A stretch of 64,000 nt of DNA. Origin: Antedon mediterranea. Its lineage: Eukaryota > Animalia > Echinodermata. The stretch lies in the NCBI RefSeq assembly GCF_964355755.1, contig NC_092671.1:37830304-37894303 (forward strand), read 5' to 3'. Position numbers and translations under genes: made by a program. The notes beneath the pieces are model-generated. The model was not told the origin of the DNA and ran no database searches. It was given only the letters and a program-made list of their open reading frames with translations. Shown here in pieces: positions 1-12,300 of the stretch; position 1 is the stretch's first letter; each line of letters starts with the position of its first letter.

Positions 1-105
1 TTCTCATCATACCAAAGCTGTTCCATTTGTCCATTTCTTTGTCAAACTTGTACTGCACAAAAATGTTATCTAAATTGCCATTGATATTTTTATGGAGAAA
101 TGTTA

Positions 106-269
106 AGCTCTGTGTACACTATCAAACTAGTTTGAAAAAGTGTGATGTGCCCAAATATGGTAGTGATATTCCCAAATATGGTAGTGATATACACAAATAT
201 GGCAGTGATGTGACATCATCATGTCCATATATAGGCACATCACATTTTTTGGATATTGTAGACAAAGCT
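106..269. mobile_element. MITE family A (PIF/Harbinger-type, TWA target), representative copy; about 25 copies in the window
   Basis: TIR AGCTCTGTCTACACTATCAAACT...AGTTTGATAGTGTAGACAGAGCT, flanked by TTA/TAA, with 1-3 internal 21-bp repeats (GTGATATGCCCAAATATGGTA). Other copies start near 4138, 4684, 6974, 9015, 9944, 11820, 13770, 14151, 14972, 17010, 17941, 18125, 21441, 22625, 24098, 24404, 24786, 25677, 47798, 48274, 51350, 51674, 55762 and 63029. Confidence 0.9.
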
Positions 270-349
270 TTAGTGATCCATCTCCTTACCTATTTTAGCT
301 GAATTAAATAAAATCATTTTTACTAAAATAAATCATTTAATTTGATTAG

Positions 350-3300
350 ATTGCGAATGTAATTGACAAACATGCAGCTACTTTAGCCAAAAAAGCAGAT
401 CGTGATGCGTTCTTCCTACACACTCAGGGGATCATACAACTTGTCCAAAGGTATTTATATCAAACTATTGCACAAATGTTAACTTAAATAGTCTATTTTG
501 TCAGGTTGTGAACTAGCATGTGACCTACCTATTGTCGAAGAGCTCTAACTGTGGTAGCTCTGACTTAACTTAAGTAGTCTATTTTGTCATATGGTGAAGT
601 AACCTGTGACTCCAAAGACACCTATCTATTGTCAGAGAGCTCTTAGTGTGACAGCTTTAACATTGTAGACCTCCTACAACTTTACATTTTGCTACTTGGA
701 TTTCTTATAAGACTTTTAAGTTTCACTGCAGTTGCATTTCTCACAACACATTTTATATTTTGAATGAATAACTTTTAATCATCACCATTTTCTGTATCCC
801 GACAGATATCGTAATGGTATCCGAGGTCACATGAAGTCCGTCATCCATGACCTCCTTCTTCAGTACCTCACCATAGAGAAGGTGTTCCAGCAAGGTCCAT
901 ACGATAAGTGTATTACCGCCCTCATCGATCAGCAGAAGGGAGACATGATGACCGCAGTGCAATATGTTTTCTCACATTATCATGTCAAAGAAAAGAATAT
1001 ACTTGTTGTTATGCTTATTGTAAGTACTTAATATTATTTAATATTTAATATTTAATATTTCTCTTTGTTTTTTCCAGTATGTTATTATAGAACCCCTATT
1101 AAGGGGACACATTCTGGAGACAACAAAGTGTTCCTTTAATAGAGTCATGAGGTAATTTCCCGATTGATCGTAATCAAAACGGTACTGGGTTTGGTCTACT
1201 AGCGTTCCTGCTCCCAACCAGTACATCCATTCATAGAAGCCTTAATGAAGTAAGCCTACCTGGTGGTGGCCATAGAACGGTCCCGAGATAACGACTATAC
1301 TTTGGCTTTAGTCGATAGAAGATTGAATAAATTGTTAGAGATAGAGTATACGATGTTATGATTATGTGTAGATATGTGATTTGTTCTTTTTATTCCAATG
1401 ATGTTATGTATTTAATAAATTTGTTATATCAATTAATTAAATTATCGTAGATTGCATATTATGCGATGAATATTATTTAATAAATTTTTGATATATTATT
1501 ATTATTATATTAATAAAAAAGATATTTGTTAGTATAAATTAAAAAATATAGATATAAGGAAGAAAAGCAAAGAGATTATGGAGCGGCTGTACCAGAATAT
1601 ACAACACTAAGTATTGTAAAGTTAATATATTAAAAATTTAGGCGATCTTGTCAAAGGTCAAGCGCCTTCAGCCTGCCACGTAAATTCCCGATTGATCGTA
1701 ATCAAAACGGTACTGGGTATGGTCTACTAGATTTCCTGCTCCCAACCAGTACATCCATTCATAGAAGCCTTGATGAAGCAAGCCTACCTGGTGGTGGCCA
1801 TAGAACGGTTCCGAGATAATATAATAGTCTGTATAGAGGTTTGCCTTAGTTATATATTTCCCTTGTTCATTTCAAAGAGGAACTTTTTAAATTGTATTTA
1901 AAGATGAAAAAAAAAATCATGAAAATGAATAGGTCATTTTACAGTTTAAATGGCATTATTTAATTCCATTAAAAAAAAGATTTCACTTATAAAAAGACAA
2001 AATAAACAGTTAAATTTAACCAAAAATTCATTGTCTGACAGACAATTTTACTAATTTTTGCTTTAAATTACAGTTTTTTTCAGGTAAATAATTTTTTTGC
2101 CGATCCATTTTTTTGTCAAAGTGAATATTTTTAATATGACATTAGGATGGCATATTCAATAACAAAATTTCAAACAATTATTTTGTCAGGGGGGACAATA
2201 CATCTTTAATATAAACTCATAACAGATATATATATAATAATATTCTATAATATTTCTGTGATTTTTTAGGACCAATTATGTAAAAAAGAGCCAGGGTTGA
2301 TTGATGAGTTGAGCCAAGTGATTGGAGAACTAACAAGCCTAAACAAGCAAGATAATTCCAAGGTATCATTGCGAGCTAGGCAGGTGCTAATAGCAGCACA
2401 TCAGCCATCGTATGAAGTACGCCACAATCAAGTTGAGTCCATCTTCCTCAACGCCATTGACATGTATGGCCATCAGTTCTGTCCCGACAGTCTAAAAGTA
2501 AGTTTTTTCTTCTTTTTTTTTCTTAAGCATTCAATGTCAATTAAAATACTGTACATAAATATCAAAATAAAACTTAAATTGAAAAACATTTGCACAAAGG
2601 AACAGACCTTGATCACAAGGATGGCCAAGAAAAGTTTTCTTATTTCCACTTGGGTCCTGTGAAAAACAGTTTACTGAACAAAGTTTGTTGCTTTGTTTAA
2701 TAAAGACTCTGAAACCAGACAATAGGTTGAAATGATACTTTATATATTCACATCCTTTTGTGGAGTATGTCTGTGGTATGATATTAATGATGGAATGTTT
2801 TTTGCAGAAAGTGATCATGTCAGAGACTGCAGTGTTTGATGTTCTTCCCAGTTTCTTCTACCATAGTAATGAAGTCATTCGAAGAGCCGCTCTTGAGGTA
2901 TAGTAGAATAACTGGCCCAACAAAGTGTTTCTTTAATAGAAGGTGTTCCAGGACTAAAGATTTGTCTTAGTGGTACAACATATATTGTAGTGTGGGATGC
3001 CATTGAAACCCAACAAATTTTCCCCTTAATAAGAGTGTCCTCTGAATTGGGCTGACTGTAATGTTAAAACATATATTTTTTCTCCAATTCTTGTGGAAGT
3101 GTCCCCTTAATTGGGGTGTCCAAAGAGAAGGGTTCTACTGTAAACAGACGCCTAATACCGGACTCTCTGAAAGCCGGAAACTTTCCTAAAACCAGATTTT
3201 TCTTGAGGTCTAAAAAGCTCCAAATTTTTTTTTACCATTAAAAACACATTCAGGATTCTAGACTTTCCAGAAAACCAGACTTATTAGGTCCCGTATTGGG

Positions 3301-6300
3301 AAAGTTGACTGTAGTAATACTTTTTGATAAGAGTTATTGTTAAATAAGAAGGAAATAAATTAAAAATATATGCTCTTCTTCTAGTCACACAAACTCCAGG
3401 TATATATATATACATTTCTCATCATTTCTTATTTCAGGTTTATGTGAGAAGAGCTTACATAGCGTATGAAGTGAACGGCCTACAGCATGCATCGCTAACC
3501 AGTGGATGCTGTGTTTTACAGTTCCAGTTTATGCTACCATCTTCTCACCCAAACAGGTAAATAAAACAATCATAATCTCATTATAATAGTATGGCTATGT
3601 GATTCTGCATAAATAGTGTTTCTGTTAGCTTTACATTAGTGTGGCTACATTGCAGTAATCGTATAAATATATGTGAATGGCTTTGGTTTTGATAAAAAGT
3701 TCAACTTCACTTATTTTCACTGGTATTTACCTGACCAATATATCTGGGACAACATTTTCTTTAGTGGGAAAGGGAACAAATGTACTTTGTAGTCACTTTT
3801 GTGGAACTCTTATATACAGGGATCAGGGAGATCCCTATTCAGAGGAGACTTTCTTGTTAAACGCAGAGGAAATATATTTTGTTATAATACTGCAGCCAAC
3901 CCCTATTCACAGCACACCTGTTTTGTTTGGTCCTGAAGGTCTTAATAAAGGTTAATTCTAACAGCTGACAGGACTATAGCCTGCCTTTTTTTTTTCTAAG
4001 TACCAATTTTTTACCCTATATAACATTTCTCCCTTCAGCATCAACTCATTGAAGATTAAGAGGTAATGTCTCAAAGCAATTTGCATGCATGTAATAACAT
4101 TGTTACGACGCATTCTTGTGTATCTGTTTATTTTTAAAGCTCTGTCCACACTATCAAACTTTTTGTGACAAAATATGTGTGCCCATATATGGACATAATG
4201 ATGTCATATCACTACCATATATGGACATATCACTACCATAGTTGGGCACATCACACTTTTTTTGTCAAACTAGTTTGATAGTGTAGGCAGAGCCTTAGCT
4301 TTCTGGTTTAGCTACTTCATGGATACATCTTTGGTTATTTTTTATTGGCGATTTAGTTTATAGCATTATGTATTTGTAAATATTTAGATATTACAATCCA
4401 TATAAATTAATAAAGTTAATTTGCATATAGCCAATATGTTTTTAATTTTTTTCCTTGTGTTTTCATAATTTATGTTATGTAATCTATTTTTAAAATTAAA
4501 TTTGTGTTTATTTTCTACATTTTGATGTATTTTATACAAAATATAGTAACATGACCCAAAACATGGTTCAATTATTTCAATCTATTTTATATATAGTTTA
4601 TAAGTTTTTATTTTATTAATATCATTCTTACGTATTGGGTGTTCATGTTCAAGGATGTTATGTTCGTTTATGTACTTCCTAAAGCTCTGTCTACACTATC
4701 AAAAAAAAAAAAAAAGTTTGATGTGCCTAAATTTGGTAGTGATATTCCCAAATATGGTAGCGATATAACATCATCATGTCCATATATGGGCAGATAGTGT
4801 AGACAGAGCTTTACATTGCGTCATTGTATATGTTGTTTACCAAAGTGCCATGCTCTCTACAGTACTACCGCAATTAATGCATGAGCAAATATTTTGATTG
4901 CTTCATGATGTTATATACAATATACTAATAGAATTGTTGTGCTTCTAGATAGCATGTAAAGTCTTATTTATTAAATGGGCAAAAAAGATGCAACAACCTG
5001 CCAATGTTCTTAGTTTACATTTCACTATAGATTCAAACTGAATACCATGTCTTCCAGCATGATTCAAAATGGCTGTTTATAGCACATACAAATTCTGTTT
5101 TTATATTTAGTTTGCATTCAATTTTACAATACAACGTTTGTTTATTTGTTATATATTTATACAAATTGCCAAGGATAACCATAATATTATATCATTGTTG
5201 TTACTTTGGGAGTACGGAACCTGAACTCTTGTTATAGTGATTAGGTTCACTTTTAGGTTCCTGCCTACTCCCTTAGTTTCTGTGTTTTGTTTGTTTGTAA
5301 CTGGTTTTTGGCAATAAATAATAATAATAATAATAAACGAATTCATTCACTATCCTTCTTAAAGTTGGCAATCCTGTTCACAAGACAAACATATACACAA
5401 GATCCTGTACATAAACAAAGTCTTATTACAAGTCTTTGGGAGTGGAGTTGTAATTTTTCATTAGAAAATATCCTGACATGACAGGACTTGAACCCAGGAC
5501 CCTTGGATTGGTAGCCAAGCATCTATACTATAACTTAAGTTTGATTAATATAATGTATTGTTTTATTCAGATTGGCTAAGAGTAGACCAAACCCAATGAC
5601 ACGTGTTGCGAGCCTTAGTGAAGATATTGTTGACCTTGATGTGAATGACGTAAAGTTGCCACCGTGTCAAAGAATGGGCGTCATGTGTGCCTTTGAGACT
5701 ATGCAAGAATTTGAACCGTAAGTGAAGCTTCTGTCTGGTATCAAATGCTTTCCACAGCGGTAGTTGGTCAAGTCGGCCCTAAATCATCTCGGCCAAAGTC
5801 AAGTCGGCCCTGCATCAACTCGGCCAAAACTAATTTGCCCTGAATAAAGTATATAAACAAAAAGTGCTATATCTATTAGACAAAGGCTGAGTTGATTTGA
5901 GGCCGACTTTCATCAAAATCTGCCTAGCTATACCTCTTTACCAATGCAGGAAATGTAACCTGTTACTACTCAACCACTTTGCAAGTACTGTCACTTGTGA
6001 TTGGATAGCTACCTACCTAGTTTAATCTAGATCTAGATTCTATGAATAAACTGCAAAAGAAAATTTTAGTAACATTGAAAGTTTTTTTTTTCATCAAACA
6101 GAAAATTCCAGGAAGTAATTGCAATGTTTACGGCAATGAAACAAGGAAGATTTGGGGAGGACTTGTATGACAGTCATATAGAAAATGTAAGTTTAATTTT
6201 AATATTAATTTATTGATATAAATATTTAGTTTTCTGATTGTTTTAAGCTAATAACATAATTAGTAAACAGTACCAAATATATATTTGTTAATTCAAGTAA

Positions 6301-9300
6301 TTATATTATTTAATTCAAGTCAAATCTTATCTACAGTAAATTGTAATTCTTTCTACATATTTTTTTTAGTGTCCATCTGATGAGCCAATACACATCTTGA
6401 ATATTGCATTAAATGTAGTTGGAGAGAAAGATGACAAAATACTCTCTGACAAATTCTACAAATTCTGTCAAGAAAAGGTAAATATCTACATTTATAAAAC
6501 ACTTCATCACTTTCCAATTCCTAATAATTTACGTGCTATGAAACATTAATAATTTTGATTGATTTTTTTTTACAGGCTGATATTTTGATAAGCAACGATG
6601 TTCGTAGGATAACGTTCATTTGCCTACAAAAGAGGGAGTTTCCAAAATTCTTCACATACAGAGCAAGATTAGATGTAAGATTAATTTTATATTTTGTAGA
6701 ATTAATCAGAAAAAAAAACACATACAAGAATTGGAGTTTATTCTTTTAAGTATTACTTCTCTTTCCAATATATAAATTTTTGTTTTGCTTATTTGTAGTT
6801 TGGTGAAGATCCGATTTATAGACATCTTGAGCCTGCATTGGCCTTCCAACTTGAAATCAACCGTATGAGGAACTTTGACCTGGTTGCCATGGATAAGGCA
6901 AGCCACAGGATGCACCTCTATTTGGGCTCAGCTAAGGTTAGCAATCTCAACTTTATTTGTAGCATGTTTCTAAAGCTCTGTCTACACTATGAAACTTTGT
7001 GACAAAAAAATGAATGTGATGTGCCCATTATATTTACATGATGTCATATCACTACCATATTTGGGTATATCACTACCATATTTGGACACATCACACTTTT
7101 TTTGTCAAGATAGTTTGACAGAGACAGAGCTTAAGCATTTTTTACCTTCATATTAATTAAAAATGATTTAATATTTTTTTATTACAACCATGTGCAATGT
7201 TCAGTATTTTATTCAAGCTTAAACAAAAACTTTTTAAATAAAAAAAGTAAGATATTTGAAGGTGTTGTAAATAGATCCTTTTCAGTACTTCACTTTTGTT
7301 TTAACATTGTCAGGTTGAAGAAGGGCGTGAAGTGACAGACTACCGTTTTTTTGTACGTGCCATCATCCGACATTCTGACATGGTCACGAAAGAAGCATCT
7401 TTTGAATACCTGAAAAATGAAGGAGAGAGGATGCTCTTGGAGGCTCTTGATGAACTGGAATTGGCCTTCTCACATCCAAATGTGAGTATTAATAATTATA
7501 TTTGTATTAATTAATTTCTCAGACAGTTCACCTTTCTTTAAAGATGTATTTTCCCCCTAAAAATAGCATTTTTAGTAATTTTCTATGACCAAAAAATAGA
7601 TTTTAAAAAAAATATTTACCTGGAAAAAATGTAATTTAAAGCAAAAAATACCAAAATTGTCTGTCAGACAATGTTTTTGGTTAAAATTAAACATTTCTTT
7701 TGTCTTTTTACAAGTGAAATAAATATTTTTTTACATAAGATAATAACTAAAACTGTAAAATGGTCTATTTAAAGTCCAATTTATTAATCTTCATTTTTTA
7801 TATTTTTTGGGACAAAACATCTTCAATATTTACAGCAAACCCATATAAAATAATGTTTATTTTATACATTTTTTAGTTTATTTTCTTTAATTTATCTTTA
7901 TGTTCTTTAGTCTAAGCGTACAGACTGCAACCACATCTTCTTGAACTTTGTCCCGTCTGTCATTATGGACCCAATGAAGATTGAGGAAAGCATGAGATCA
8001 ATGGTGCTGCGCTATGGCTCACGACTGTGGAAGCTACGAGTGTTGCAGGCTGAACTTCGCTTTAATGTTAAGTAAGTACAAACATTGTTGGCAAAAAATC
8101 GTGTGTAGTCATATATAATGCATGTGAGTGAGTGTGGCCGAGCGGTTAAGACAGTGGAACCGTAATCCATATCCATAACATCGGCAAGGGTTCGAGGCTC
8201 ACTCGCTCCATGGTTCTGGTGGTAGAACAAGTTTTCTCGGATAAGGACTATAAACCGTAGGTCCGGTGTACATCTGGCTCATGTGCACTTTAAAGAACCT
8301 AGTACATCTTTCGAGACGAGTAGGGGGTTACCCCGGTGTACTAGTTCATACACACACACTGTCGTGGACAGACGTAATGGCGCCATAGTTGGCTGCTGAT
8401 GACACGTTGGGACCCTTAGGGGAGAAGAATGTTGTTGAAAAGGTGTAACAAATTAGTCCACAGTCCCTTTGATCACTTGTTGCTGGAATTGTTGCTTTAA
8501 TGTTAAATATGTACAATACATATAAATTGTTGGCAAAAAAACCGTGTGTAGTCATATATAATACATGGTTGCTTTAATATAATGTTAAATATGTACAAAA
8601 CATTGTTGGCAATAACTGTTTGTAGTCATATATAATACATAGTTGTTTTAATGTTTCGTCTATGATATCTAGAAATGATATCCATTCAGACTATGTTGCA
8701 ATGACCAAGATTGCTTATGCTTATGCACAATATTTAGGAAACAAGCCTTTTTACCCAATAACACAATAATCACACTATAATCACTGAAGAAATGTTTACA
8801 ATTATATCGTGTATCCAAATTCTATATTTATTTTTATAAACTTTTGAATTGTTTTCTACGTAAATTTACAGGAAGAATTCCAACAGTACACCAATAGCAA
8901 TGCGTTTCTTCATAACCAATGAGTCTGGCTATAATTTGGACATCAGCTCGTACCGTGAAGTGACCGATATGGCATCAAGCATGGTCAGTTTTGTTTAAGC
9001 AAAAATGAGGCTAAAGCTCTGACTACACTATCAAACTAGTTTGACAAGAAAGTGTGATGTGCCCAAATATGGTAGTGATGTGCCCAAATATGGTAGTGAT
9101 GTGCCCAAATATGGTAGTGATGTGACATCATCATGTCCATATATAGCCACATCACATTTTGTTGGTTACATAAACTTTGATAGTAGAGAGGTTTCGCAAT
9201 CTTAAGAATACAATAACGAAAACGGATACGTCACGCACACGTATTCGTTTTCGTAAGCCATAACAAAATCTGTTTCGCATGGCAACGAAATATTGAGGCG

Positions 9301-12300
9301 CGTCCAAAATATGACTGCGGTAAATTTGAGCGAAGCGCAGGTACGTGTTGCTTGGGCCTTGCCTGCCTAGGCCTAGCGTAACATCAAAGCGAGTGAGGAC
9401 TTTAAAAACTGCTATTTATCAAAATTGACTTGGCATTTTAGTAAATTAAAAGGTAAAGGTGAGTCCCGTGTTCTCTGAACGTAGGGGAATGAGCTGTTAG
9501 GAGCTCATTGTACTAAGCCTCGGCATTATGTGGTAGGGTGGCCAGTTCCTTTGCACGCTTTAGTAAATTACTTTAGTAAATTACTTTCAATAAATCTATA
9601 ATTATATTATAATCATGAATCATTCCTGATTCAAATGCAAAATGTGCAAAATAGATCAAAAACTATACTCGTTTTGTAGTTACGAATATGACTGGTGATA
9701 TTCGTCAACACAAATACGCTTTACGAATATGAAAAGGGGATCAGCTCAAAAGTTTCACAAATGTATGACGTATCCGTTTTCGTTATCGTATTTGTAAGGT
9801 TGCGAAACCTCCCTAGTAGACAGAGTTTAAAATATAATGTACTAAATTCAATTAATTATTATTTTAGGTATAGGAATTAATAAGGTAAATATTGTGTATG
9901 TTATTAAAATCTCATCAGTCTCTCATAGATTGTGTTAGTCTGTAATTCTCTGCCTACACTATGACAAAAGCATGTGATGTGCCCATATATAGATATGATG
10001 AGATCATATCACTACCATATTTAAGCATATCACCACAATATTTGGGCACATCACAATTTTTTTGTCAACCTAGTTTGATAGTGTAGACAGAGCTTTAAAC
10101 AATTCAGTCTTTTCTCCCGCCATTTACAGGCAAATATAACAACAATTTTATATAACAAATTTGATTAATTTCTTAACCTTTATTTTCAGATAAAGTTTGT
10201 ATCCGCGGGACCACGACAAGGACCATTACATGGACGCATGTTAAATATGTCTTACATGACCAAAGATCACCTACAACTTAAAAGATACAATGCATCCAAG
10301 TTCAACACTACCTATGTGTACGACTACCCAGACATGTTTAAAAAGGTAGGTGTATGTTTTACTTGTGTAGGTGTATTGTCCCCCTGAAAAAAAAAAGTCT
10401 TTTAATTTTTAATTGAATATGCCATTTTGGCTTCGACCAAAAATGGGATAAAAATAAAATGCATTTATCTGAAAAAATGTAATTTATAGCAAAAAATAGT
10501 CAAATTAGGCTGCCAGCCAATAGGGTTTTGGTTGAATTTAAATATTTTTTATATTTTTTTCCCTTTTTTTTCTATGGAAGTGATTACATTTATTAAAACT
10601 ACAAAATAACCTATTCAAAGTCTAATTAAATTAATCTTCATTTTTCACGTTTTGGGGGACAATACATATTTATTAAAAATAAAGAATATATTTCTGTTTT
10701 ATTGAGATAGTATCTTCTAATCTTCTAATATCACAAACTCGTAGAACACCTTTACAGTGGAATTTCATTGATTGTTACAGAACTTGGTCTCAATGTGGAA
10801 CAAACACAGCAAACTCTCAGGCAGTAAAGAAGAGGCCCCAGAAGATGTAGTAAGAAAAAAATCTCTCACTTTGTGTACTTAGCTCCATCTTTTTCAACTC
10901 GTGAAAATGTTCTCCCTGTTCAATAACTGTATACTATTATGCAGTGGCATAATGTAGAAGTCCGAGACCCCTGGATTAGGAACCCTAAGTAGCCCTTCAA
11001 CACTGGAGGCGTCAGGCGTTTTTAGCCCTTTTCGACATATTTTAATGCCTTTTTTTCCCTCTGGGTACTGCTCGGGGGCCCCCATAGGCCCCTGGGTTTA
11101 GCCAGTGAGATGTTACGTATTTTATGTAAGCTTGATGTTTACATTGCTGTATTTGTTTCCTTGTAGATCACTTGTTCTGAGCTTGTACTTGATGCCAATG
11201 GCCAAATAATCACCATGAATCGAATGCACGGTGAAAACACGGTAAGTTTTTAATCATCTGTTTGATCTAGTTTCCAATCAATAAATATTGACATAAAACG
11301 AATACAACTTTATGTAATTCAACATTTTAAATATTTTTTTGTTTCAGATCGGTATGGTTGCTTGGAAAATGACCTTTAAAACTCCAGAGTATCCAGATGG
11401 TCGAGATGTTGTCTGTATTGCCAATGACATCACTCACCAGATAGGATCATTTGGGCCGCAAGAAGACAATCTCTTTGAGGTGAGATTCTGCTGATTGCTT
11501 TACCATAATTAAAAATAATAATAAAATGAATTATTTGTTTTGTAACTTATACTTGAAAAGTAGTTATTTTTCATTATCAACAAGGGAATGTTGTCATCAC
11601 ATCTCATCTCATTACTTCTGTACTAATGTTTTTCACAGAGAGCATCAGAGTTGGCCCGTGCTCAGGGTATTCCAAGGATTTACTTGTCTGCCAATAGCGG
11701 TGCCAGGATAGGCCTTGCAGAGGAGGTTAAGCAGTTGTTCAAAGTGTCATGGGATGATCCTAGTGCACCAGAGAAGGTATAGAATAAGAGCCAATTTATG
11801 TCAATAATTTTTACCTTAAAACACTACACTATCAAATTAGTTTGACCAAAAAAGTGTGATGTTCCCAAAAATGGTAGTGATATGCTTAAATATGGTAGTG
11901 ATATGACATCATCATGTCCATATATGGGCACATTACATTTTTTGTCACATAAAGTTTGATAGTATAGACAGAGCTATACTTTCGTTGATCAACTTGAAAT
12001 GTTGTGACATTTTAGAATGAAAATTGTTTTTATAATTCACTTTCCTATTTTACAAATATTGTTTATTTTTCGCAGGGTTTTAAGTATTTATATTTGACTC
12101 CAGAAGACTATAAAAAGCTTGATGGCTCTGTCCATGCCGTTCATATGGAGGATGAGGGAGAATCCAGATACAAGATTACTGACATCATTGGTAAATTTTT
12201 ATCTTTTTTCATAATTATATTAAGATAATTTATAATATAGGCCTATTGTGCTTAATATATTTAGCAACCATTTCAATGCAATTTCTTTCTGTTTGTACTG

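Noticed and set aside
27-302. ORF with KYGSD repeats (also 24775-24981 and 51345-51539)
   Set aside because: Read-through of the 21-bp internal repeats of MITE family A.
4860-5085. Possible ACC micro-exons after the AG sites at 4862 and 5030
   Set aside because: Both reach an in-frame stop before any good donor.
5480-5530. Minus-strand tRNA-like fragment
   Set aside because: Only a B-box half is recognisable; best explained as a decayed SINE head.
8126-8210. tRNA gene
   Set aside because: A and B boxes are present but there is no clean cloverleaf or terminator; it runs into a SINE body repeated at 22140.
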